The notes beneath the pieces were generated by a model. The model saw only the letters and a program-made list of their open reading frames with translations. It was not told the origin of the DNA and did no database searches. Of a DNA stretch of 16,243 nt, positions 6,984-15,032 are shown piece by piece; positions within the stretch are counted from its first letter, which is position 1; each line of letters opens with the position of its first letter. The DNA comes from a virus (lineage: Duplodnaviria; Heunggongvirae; Uroviricota; Caudoviricetes): the IMG/VR virus record IMGVR_UViG_3300027708_003081. The stretch is one strand, 5' to 3'. The position numbers were made by a program, and so were the translations under genes.

Positions 6984-7169
6984 ATGGAAAAAGAGAATAA
7001 AAAAGGGGAGAAGTCACAACTTCTCCCTTCTCATTATTATATGGATGAGACAAAATTAGTTTTTACGGAACAATATCATATTGATAGAGGGTACTGCTGC
7101 GGAAATAATTGTAGACATTGTCCTTATGAACCTAAAGGACAAAAAGGTAACACTACAATAAAAAAATAA
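6984..7169 (+). CDS. Small Cys/His-rich protein, DUF5522-like
   Basis: LVFTEQYHIDRGYCCGNNCRHCPY matches my recollection of the DUF5522 signature (H-x-x-RG-x-CCG-x-x-CRHCPY). Starts 3 nt after the nrdJ stop. Confidence 0.8.
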   Translation: MEKENKKGEKSQLLPSHYYMDETKLVFTEQYHIDRGYCCGNNCRHCPYEPKGQKGNTTIKK

Positions 7170-7177
7170 TGTAGATA

Positions 7178-7184
7178 TATTTAT
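7178..7184 (+). promoter_or_regulatory. TATTTAT upstream motif before the baseplate block
   Basis: TATTTAT lies in the 20-nt gap, ending 5 nt before ATG 7190, at the switch from nucleotide-metabolism to structural genes. Confidence 0.4.
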
Positions 7185-7189
7185 TACAT

Positions 7190-7660
7190 ATGGCAGACGG
7201 AAGGACATATGGTATAAATTTCCCATTTAGAGATTCTAAAGTTGGTGATTACTTACAATTAACTCAATTTCAAAAAGATGAAATCAGAGCAGCGTTAATT
7301 CATTTAATTTTAACGAGAAGAGGCTCAAGGTATTACTTACCAAATTTTGGTACAAGAATATATGAATTTATTTTTGAACCTTTTGATGGTTTAACATTTA
7401 GTGCGATAGAATCTGACATCAGAGATGCAATCAATAATTATATGCCAAATTTATTGGTTAATAATATTACGATTGAGCCTGCAAGTGTTGAGGATGAATC
7501 ACCTGTCGGTGTTGAAAACAGAAGTACCGTAAGTGATGTTCCATATATATTTCGTGTTCCTGGTAAAGGAACTGCCGATTATACTGCAAAAATAACAATA
7601 AACTATTCAACAGATTCTGCGACATTTGCACAGAGTGATTTTGTAATTATTAATATTTAA
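7190..7660 (+). CDS. Baseplate wedge subunit, gp25/GPW-like
   Basis: YGINFPF...IRAALIHLILTRRGSRYYLPNFGTRIYEFIFEP...IESDIRDAINNYMPNL fits the gp25-family pattern (L.T..GER...P.FG..L..L.FEP). 156 aa, directly before a gp6-like gene. Confidence 0.88.
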   Translation: MADGRTYGINFPFRDSKVGDYLQLTQFQKDEIRAALIHLILTRRGSRYYLPNFGTRIYEFIFEPFDGLTFSAIESDIRDAINNYMPNLLVNNITIEPASVEDESPVGVENRSTVSDVPYIFRVPGKGTADYTAKITINYSTDSATFAQSDFVIINI

Positions 7661-7665
7661 TTAAT

Positions 7666-9504
7666 ATGGCTAACGGTAAAATATCTTATACGGTAAGAGA
7701 TTATGAAGGAATAAGATTAGAACTTCTTAATTATGTTAGGACTTACTACCCTAATTTAATCCAAGACTTTAGTGATGCTTCTGTGTTTTCAGTTTTTTTG
7801 GACTTAAACGCGGCAATTGCCGACAATTTACATTACCATATTGATAGAAGTATACAAGAAACAGTTTTACAATACGCACAACAAAGGTCGTCAATATATA
7901 ACATCGCAAGAACTTATGGATTGAAAATTCCGGGATTAAGACCATCAGTATCCCTTGTTGATTTTTCAATAACGGTACCAGCATATGGTGACAAAGAAGA
8001 TGAAAGATATTTGGGTGTTTTGTTAAGAGGTTCACAAGTTAGTGGTGCGGGACAAGCATTTGAAAATTTATATGATATTGATTTTGCATCCCCATACAAT
8101 TCTCAAGGTGATCTTAATAGATTAAAAATTCCTAACTTTAATGGTAATGGTGTTTTGGTTAATTATACAATAACTAAAAGAGAATTAGTTGTTAATGGAA
8201 TTACTAAAGTTTTTAAAAGAGTTATAACACCAAATGATGTTAGACCCTTTTTTGAATTATTTTTACCTGAAAGAAATGTTTTAGGTATAACAAGTGTTTT
8301 AATAAAAAGTGGTACTGATTATACAAACGTCCCAACAACTGCGGAATTTTTAGGTTTAAATAATAGATGGTATGAGGTCGACGCTTTAGCTGAAGACAGA
8401 ATATTTGTTGAAGACCCAACTAAAGTTTCAGACCAACCAGGTATAAAAGTCGGTAGTTACGTTCAGACAAATAATAGATTTATGTCCGAATTTACACCTG
8501 AAGGTTTTAAAAGAATTATATTTGGTGGAGGAAGTACATCCGCTCAAGATGCTTTAAATCAATTTACCGCATTTGGAGGTCCTTTAAATATTCAAACATT
8601 ATCTAATAATTTTTCATTAGGTTCTACCTTACCTGTAAACTCAACATTATTTGTTCAGTATAGAATTGGGGGAGGATTGGCAACTAATTTAGGTGTTAAT
8701 GTAATTAATCAAATAGGTACAGTTTCTTTCTTTGTAAACGGTCCTTCTGAAACAACAAATACTTCGGTAATTGGTTCTTTAAGATGTAATAATGTTACAG
8801 CAGCAATAGGTGGGTCAAACGCCCCAACAACAGAAGAAGTTAGAAACTTTGTTTCTTTTAATTTTGCGGCACAAAAAAGAGCGGTTACCATCCAAGATTA
8901 TAACGCATTACTTAGAAATATGCCCGCTCAGTTTGGAGCACCTGCTAAAGTGGCGATAACAGAAAATAATAATAAAATTGATATTCAAATTTTATCATAT
9001 GATACAACAGGTAAATTAACAAATATTGTATCAAATACTTTAAAACAAAATATTGCCAATTATCTATCGAATTATAGAATGATGAATGATTATATTTCAG
9101 TTATGACTGCGGATGTTATTGATTTATCTTTAAATATTTCTGTTGTTTTGCAAGCAACTCAAAACTCAGGTCAAGTTGTATCAAATATTATTAATAGTAT
9201 TTCCGCGTATTTAGACCCATTAAATAGACAACTTGGTCAGAACGTTTATTTATCAGAAATAAAAAGTATCATACAAAACCAAAACGGGGTAATAACAGTA
9301 ACAGGTTTAGATGTGTTTAATAATGTAGGAGGACAATATTCGTCTTCTCAAACTTCGATGGCCTATTTGGATGCAGAAACAAAACAAATTCAACCGGTAG
9401 ACGACACAATATTTGCGGAACCAAGTCAGATATATCAAATAAGATATCCAAATAAAGATATTAGAGTTTCTGTAAAGAATTTCCAATCAGTAACATTCTC
9501 GTAA
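7666..9504 (+). CDS. Baseplate wedge subunit, T4 gp6 / baseplate J-like
   Basis: N-terminal RDYEGIRLELLNY...DFSDAS...LDLNAAIADNLHYHIDRSIQETVLQYAQQRSSIYNIARTYG, plus IGGSNAPTTEEVR and KRAVTIQDY typical of gp6/J. 612 aa; canonical gp25-gp6 order. Confidence 0.88.
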   Translation: MANGKISYTVRDYEGIRLELLNYVRTYYPNLIQDFSDASVFSVFLDLNAAIADNLHYHIDRSIQETVLQYAQQRSSIYNIARTYGLKIPGLRPSVSLVDFSITVPAYGDKEDERYLGVLLRGSQVSGAGQAFENLYDIDFASPYNSQGDLNRLKIPNFNGNGVLVNYTITKRELVVNGITKVFKRVITPNDVRPFFELFLPERNVLGITSVLIKSGTDYTNVPTTAEFLGLNNRWYEVDALAEDRIFVEDPTKVSDQPGIKVGSYVQTNNRFMSEFTPEGFKRIIFGGGSTSAQDALNQFTAFGGPLNIQTLSNNFSLGSTLPVNSTLFVQYRIGGGLATNLGVNVINQIGTVSFFVNGPSETTNTSVIGSLRCNNVTAAIGGSNAPTTEEVRNFVSFNFAAQKRAVTIQDYNALLRNMPAQFGAPAKVAITENNNKIDIQILSYDTTGKLTNIVSNTLKQNIANYLSNYRMMNDYISVMTADVIDLSLNISVVLQATQNSGQVVSNIINSISAYLDPLNRQLGQNVYLSEIKSIIQNQNGVITVTGLDVFNNVGGQYSSSQTSMAYLDAETKQIQPVDDTIFAEPSQIYQIRYPNKDIRVSVKNFQSVTFS

Positions 9505-9570
9505 CCAATTTATTTATTTCAATCTTCACTTATTTTTAATTTGGTGTATTGGGAAAAATTCGCCCTAAAC

Positions 9571-9585
9571 TATTTATTCAATAAA
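9571..9585 (+). promoter_or_regulatory. Recurrent TATTTAT(NNN)ATAAA upstream motif
   Basis: TATTTAT-TCA-ATAAA, with TATTTAT ending 13 nt before ATG 9591. A second TATTTAT lies at 9511-9517 in the same gap. Confidence 0.45.
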
Positions 9586-9590
9586 GGACA

Positions 9591-12500
9591 ATGGGATATT
9601 CACAAAGAATACGAACAGAGATTGGTATTAATAAAACAATCAACGTTGAGTTAGAACAAGATTTTAATTTTTTAGAGATATTATCTTTAAAGATACAACA
9701 AGAAGATGTTTATGATAGGTCTTGTGCTAATTATGGTGTTGTTGTTGGTAGAATAACCGCAAATAATGGTTATGGCGTACCAAACGCAAAAGTATCTATT
9801 TTTGTACCAATCGATGATGTAGATAAGTTAAATCCTGAAATAACTGCAATTTATCCTTATACCACTACTGATATTAAAAACGAGGATGGTTATAGATATA
9901 ATCTTTTACCATACGAACAATCATATTCAAATCACGTACCTACAGGTACATTTCCCTCAAGAAAAGACGCATTAACAAATAAACTTGCAATAGAGATTTA
10001 CGACAAGTATTATAAGTACACCGTAAAAACAAATGATAGTGGGGATTATATGATTATGGGTGTTCCTCTTGGAGTACAAATAGTGTTTTTAGATTTAGAC
10101 TTATCCGATATTGGGGAGTTTTCATTAACACCACAGGATTTGATAAGAATGGGAAGGGCAACAGACGCTCAAGTGTCGGGTCCACAATTTAAAAGTTCAA
10201 ATAATCTAAATTCTTTACCACAAATTGTTAATATAACTAAATCAATAGATGTATCACCATTATGGGGGGATGAAAATATTTGTAGAATTGCTATTAATAG
10301 GGTGGATTTTGATTTAAGAGACGATGCAAATATTGATATACAACCAACCGCAGTTTTTATGGGGTCTTTAATATCTTCAATAGATACCAAACCTTTAAAA
10401 ATTGCGTGTAAACCATCCACCGAAATGGGTAATCTTTGTAACTTGGTTGCAGGCCCTGGAGAAATATTGGCAATAAGACAAACAATATATGATGACTCAT
10501 ACGGTAGACCAGTACTTGAACAGTATAATTTTAACGGTGGAAATAATGTTATTGACACAGATGGCTCTTGGTTGGTGGATGTCCCTATGAACTTAGAATA
10601 TGTTGTAATAAATGAATTTGGTGAAAGGGTTTTTTCAAACGACCCAAAAGTTGGGATACCAACAAAATCAAAATATAGATTCAAGGTTAAATGGAAACAA
10701 TCAAATGATTTGGCTGCGACAATTAAAAGAGGATATTTCTTGGTCCCAAATATCAGAGAAGGCGGGTGGATATCATCGGTAAATGACCCAAGACTTTTGG
10801 GCACTACAAATCCTACACAGTATGGTGAGTTTATACAATCTTATGCTTTTAGTTTAGATTGGGCCGATTATGGAAATACGGGTACAACAAAGGGTAGACA
10901 AATAATACAAAGCGCGATTGATTGCGAGGATAGATTTTATCAGTTTTCATATAATAAAGTTTATACCGTTTCAGGTATGATTGACCTTTACCACAAAGGA
11001 ACAAATAGAGGTAGATTTATTGGAATAAAACAAATAACGGATAATAGTTGTGATAGCACAAATTATAAATTTCCAACAAATGATGGTACAAGAAATTTTG
11101 ATATGTTATTCAATATTGTAAATTTTTTGATGTCAATCATACTTCTAATAGTTTTACCTTTATTACCAATAATACATATTGTGGCATTTATATGGCCTTT
11201 ATTTAAACTCTTATTTATCTTTGTTTATGGACCAATTGCATATACAATATATTTTCTTTGTAAACTTGTTGATGCAATACCAGGAGTTAAAGCAAATTGT
11301 AAAAAACCAACAAACTTAAAAGACTTATTTAATAAGATAGGAAATCCTTTTAAGAAATTAAAATTCCCAATTCTAACGTATCCTGAATGTGAAATATGTA
11401 GTTGTACTAGTGAAACTTTAGACACAGACCAAGGAGACGCATTTAATTTTGCGACAAGAGCACAACAAAACCAATCAATTTCCTGTACAATTAATACACA
11501 AAGTTCAACAGGTTTCAGTAACATTTATTCTGAAGATTATTGTAAAGATGACCCATTTCTTGGGGGTGTAAATACACCTGCTTGTAGTGGGTTAACAAAT
11601 ACTTGTGGAGATTCAGCTCTTGCAATACAAGAATTGATGGCGGGAAATGGAAATAACGCATACTACAAAAGAACTCCAGCATCAATAATTGGTAATTGTA
11701 ATGGATTACCATATCAGTGGCATTCACAAGATTTGACTTTGGCTGAAAGATTAAATTTATTTAATACGAAGGCGAAGTTTTTTAATTCACAACCGGGAGG
11801 AGGGTGGAATCAAATAAAAGTTTCTGTTAACCCAACACAAAATGCCGGTAAGTTTCACTATGATAATGTGATGGCTTTGTTAATTGATGACGGATGTGCA
11901 GATACATTTACCACAGGTGCGATAATATCATTTAATGGAAGTAAGTTCTCTACAGACCCAAATTTAACTGGTGGAACATTAACCTCTTATTTAAATTCCG
12001 ATGGTGATGAAGTCACTACAACTGCGGTAAAAGGATTACCAAAAAATATAAGTAATATTACTATAAATTGTGCTGACCCAAGTAACCCAAATTCATTTTT
12101 ACCTTCAGTTAATTATATACTTAATCAAAGTTCAGAAATACAACAAGCGTTAATTCCAAATACTAAAGGACAAATATCAGGTATAACTTTCACTTATAAT
12201 GGTACTTCGGCAGTTAATGGAACTTATATAAATGTTAGTGGAGTTACAGATGGTGTGGGTGTTAATGCTACATTTGATATTGTTGTCGTCAATAATGTTC
12301 CTACAAGTGTGACAATCAATAATAGAGGTTATAATTACGAAGAAAGTGAAACCATAACCATTTTGGGTTCGGTAATTGGGGGTCAAGATGGGTATGATGA
12401 TGTTGATATAACAGTAACAAATGTATCATTACAACAATATGAAAATGTGGTGTTCCAAAAATTTCCAACTGACGTTGAATATTTTCAAGTAATTACTGCG

Positions 12501-15032
12501 ATGACGTATGGTAATTTTTCTAATTTAAATCCAACGCCACAAACAGGTCAATATAATACGCCAACAATTACTCAATACGATTCTTTAAGATATAGATTTA
12601 CGGACAATTTTATGACTATGTTTGCGGAGATAAAAGACCCACAAGGGATTTACACTAATTACAGATACGGGACGGATTACAATACTTTTAGACCAATATA
12701 TACGATGCCTGACCAAAAACAATATGTTGTTGCGTTTTTAGTTAGAGGTGTTGACCCTCATTCATCAAGACAACCTATGAATATTGATATTAGTAGGTTA
12801 ATGGGTAAATCATATGGTAGTGTTGTTGTTAGTGGAAATTATAAATTAAATATTCCAATACAACCAGGACTTGTTTTACCAAGACATAACCAAATCACTA
12901 CAAATCAAACAACAAGTCAAGGATACCCAATATTTTTCGATTCATTTTTCTATCAAGTTCCATCAAGTTTTAGGACTTATAGTTCAAATTTAATCGCTAA
13001 TTATTCTGCATTAGACGCAACCGCTTTAACATCATTCCCTGGTACTCCAAATAGACCATTTCAGGTAGATACTACAAGTTCGTTTACAATATTAGATAAT
13101 ACAAAAGTTAACACTATTGGAGGGTATCTTACAGTTGACGCAACAAATAATCTTTTTGCCCAAAGTTCTTATCAAACTGGTAGTTTAGGGCTTATACAAA
13201 CAACTAGCCAATATACTTTTTCTTCTAATGTTTATAGTTTAAATATGAATCCAAATCATTATTTAAATTTGAATGGGGATAAGCAACATAGAGGTTATTA
13301 TCCAAACGAATATATAGAAGGAGGAACATATTTTTACGCTCAAAAAGAAATCCAAAGAGTGTATAATAATATACCCGTAACAAGAATACAAGCCGGTAAC
13401 TTTGTTTATTTTTCACCCATATATCCAACAGGAACAACAACTAATTTTATTGCCGGTACACAAAAGGTTGTAATGAGAACCGATAGGTTACCAAGCTCAA
13501 CTTACAGAAGTGATACTCAAGGAAACAATACATTTGTATTACATCAAAATTTAGGGTTTTCTATTTATGCCTATGATGATAATGGAGTTTCAGCTCCACA
13601 ATATAGTGAACAAACTATTGGATACAATAGTGGAGATAGTATAGATGATGAACCAAGTCAGTTTGAAGAGACTGTTATTAATAGTTTTAGTTGTCAAGGG
13701 TTGGCACCTTTGAGTTGCTACTCTGGTAATGGAGAAAATTTTGGTGTAAAACCTGTGGGAGACCCTTGTTTTGAAAAACCAAGTATAGTTAGGAATGGTT
13801 GTTATGTATTTGTTGATAAACCAATAATAAGATTAGTAAGAGATTTTCAACAGTTAGCAGAATGGAAGGCCAGATTTAAAGTTAATCTTGCGGCTTGCCG
13901 AGGAGTATTTGGACACAATTTTGTAAACAATTGGGTTAATGGAACATTATTTGCATTTCCTATTAAAAATAAAAGATTATTTGGTACTGACCCAACAACA
14001 GGAAGTTTTAATGTACCGTTTAACAAATATTGTAAAGATGTTGTTATGTTACATCCTGTAACAAATAACTTTTTTTATAGGTCGTCTCCCTATAACTATA
14101 GTAGCGGAAAATTTGTTGGATTTACACCAAACAATAAAACACATAGAAATAAATTACAATTACAATTTCCAACAACAATTATGGATTTGGGTCCAAGAGA
14201 TGCGTTTGCAAACGAATTAAGTTGTTCTAGCGATTATTTTGGATACAACATAAATAATATGAAGCAAACAAGTTATCAAGATGTATCTAATATTCTAAAT
14301 TTATTTATAATATCAAGACAAATCAGTTCAACATTTTTGGGTCAATTATTAAGTGCTGGAGACGCATCGGTCGATACTTTTTTTTCAAGGAAAAAAGCAA
14401 GATTTGATGGCGATTATGCTCAAGCAATTTCAGTTAACTCTGAAATAGGTGTAGATGAATTTGATTTTGAAAGTTACGATTATACTACTGGTTCAACAGG
14501 TGGAAATACATTTTATGTTAAAGACAAAACAGTCGGAATCTTTTTTTCATCTGACACACAGATTAGAGATTATATTTCACCTAAAAGGATTATAAGAAAC
14601 GATTCCACTGTCCCTGGTCTATATGATTATCTTTCTGTATTTACTCAAGTGGTACCTATGTATAAATGGAATATAACACAAACTAATACAACAAGTATTT
14701 TTGGTAATCAATATAATGATTGGGCAACAACTAAAGCGGACATACAAGCACAAAAATATCAATCATTAGATAGAGTTGCAGCGTCTTCAAATTATTTTAG
14801 AGGACAAGTTAATATACCATCACAACTTAAGGGGTATATATATAATGTGGCTCCAGCAACTCCACCGTTAACAGGATTTGTTTTTGAAGGTGATAGAGTT
14901 GGAGGACAAACATTAGCAAATGGTTCTAACGTAACTGTAGGAGCACCATTTTATTTTTATTTCGGATTAGTAAGAGGGAATAACGCTCTTGATAAATTTA
15001 ATGTAAAATATTTAGGAGTTGAAACTATATGA
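9591..15032 (+). CDS. Large putative virion/baseplate-associated protein (1813 aa), Cys-rich, with internal hydrophobic hairpin
   Basis: Uninterrupted ORF after the gp25/gp6 genes; N/T/S/G-rich, beta-type composition. N-terminal VVVGRITANNGYGVPNAKVSIF resembles a carboxypeptidase-regulatory/prealbumin-like beta-sandwich. Hydrophobic stretch at aa ~503-557; about 25 Cys. Function is inferred from context only. Confidence 0.7.
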   Translation: MGYSQRIRTEIGINKTINVELEQDFNFLEILSLKIQQEDVYDRSCANYGVVVGRITANNGYGVPNAKVSIFVPIDDVDKLNPEITAIYPYTTTDIKNEDGYRYNLLPYEQSYSNHVPTGTFPSRKDALTNKLAIEIYDKYYKYTVKTNDSGDYMIMGVPLGVQIVFLDLDLSDIGEFSLTPQDLIRMGRATDAQVSGPQFKSSNNLNSLPQIVNITKSIDVSPLWGDENICRIAINRVDFDLRDDANIDIQPTAVFMGSLISSIDTKPLKIACKPSTEMGNLCNLVAGPGEILAIRQTIYDDSYGRPVLEQYNFNGGNNVIDTDGSWLVDVPMNLEYVVINEFGERVFSNDPKVGIPTKSKYRFKVKWKQSNDLAATIKRGYFLVPNIREGGWISSVNDPRLLGTTNPTQYGEFIQSYAFSLDWADYGNTGTTKGRQIIQSAIDCEDRFYQFSYNKVYTVSGMIDLYHKGTNRGRFIGIKQITDNSCDSTNYKFPTNDGTRNFDMLFNIVNFLMSIILLIVLPLLPIIHIVAFIWPLFKLLFIFVYGPIAYTIYFLCKLVDAIPGVKANCKKPTNLKDLFNKIGNPFKKLKFPILTYPECEICSCTSETLDTDQGDAFNFATRAQQNQSISCTINTQSSTGFSNIYSEDYCKDDPFLGGVNTPACSGLTNTCGDSALAIQELMAGNGNNAYYKRTPASIIGNCNGLPYQWHSQDLTLAERLNLFNTKAKFFNSQPGGGWNQIKVSVNPTQNAGKFHYDNVMALLIDDGCADTFTTGAIISFNGSKFSTDPNLTGGTLTSYLNSDGDEVTTTAVKGLPKNISNITINCADPSNPNSFLPSVNYILNQSSEIQQALIPNTKGQISGITFTYNGTSAVNGTYINVSGVTDGVGVNATFDIVVVNNVPTSVTINNRGYNYEESETITILGSVIGGQDGYDDVDITVTNVSLQQYENVVFQKFPTDVEYFQVITAMTYGNFSNLNPTPQTGQYNTPTITQYDSLRYRFTDNFMTMFAEIKDPQGIYTNYRYGTDYNTFRPIYTMPDQKQYVVAFLVRGVDPHSSRQPMNIDISRLMGKSYGSVVVSGNYKLNIPIQPGLVLPRHNQITTNQTTSQGYPIFFDSFFYQVPSSFRTYSSNLIANYSALDATALTSFPGTPNRPFQVDTTSSFTILDNTKVNTIGGYLTVDATNNLFAQSSYQTGSLGLIQTTSQYTFSSNVYSLNMNPNHYLNLNGDKQHRGYYPNEYIEGGTYFYAQKEIQRVYNNIPVTRIQAGNFVYFSPIYPTGTTTNFIAGTQKVVMRTDRLPSSTYRSDTQGNNTFVLHQNLGFSIYAYDDNGVSAPQYSEQTIGYNSGDSIDDEPSQFEETVINSFSCQGLAPLSCYSGNGENFGVKPVGDPCFEKPSIVRNGCYVFVDKPIIRLVRDFQQLAEWKARFKVNLAACRGVFGHNFVNNWVNGTLFAFPIKNKRLFGTDPTTGSFNVPFNKYCKDVVMLHPVTNNFFYRSSPYNYSSGKFVGFTPNNKTHRNKLQLQFPTTIMDLGPRDAFANELSCSSDYFGYNINNMKQTSYQDVSNILNLFIISRQISSTFLGQLLSAGDASVDTFFSRKKARFDGDYAQAISVNSEIGVDEFDFESYDYTTGSTGGNTFYVKDKTVGIFFSSDTQIRDYISPKRIIRNDSTVPGLYDYLSVFTQVVPMYKWNITQTNTTSIFGNQYNDWATTKADIQAQKYQSLDRVAASSNYFRGQVNIPSQLKGYIYNVAPATPPLTGFVFEGDRVGGQTLANGSNVTVGAPFYFYFGLVRGNNALDKFNVKYLGVETI

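Noticed and set aside
9505-9590. Terminator between the gp6-like gene and the large structural gene
   Set aside because: Only a weak bulged stem (GGGAA-AAA-TTCGCCC) is present, with no U-tract.
10169-10804. 211-aa minus-strand ORF and the other minus-strand ORFs in the track (998..1252, 3163..3429, 4121..4306, 4996..5226, 5096..5284, 5877..6083, 6721..6972, 7769..8035, 7914..8099, 8709..8891, 11225..11524, 11515..11727, 12177..12386, 13225..13440)
   Set aside because: They lie wholly or largely antisense to well-supported + strand genes and show no recognisable motifs or expression signals. They are best explained as shadow ORFs.
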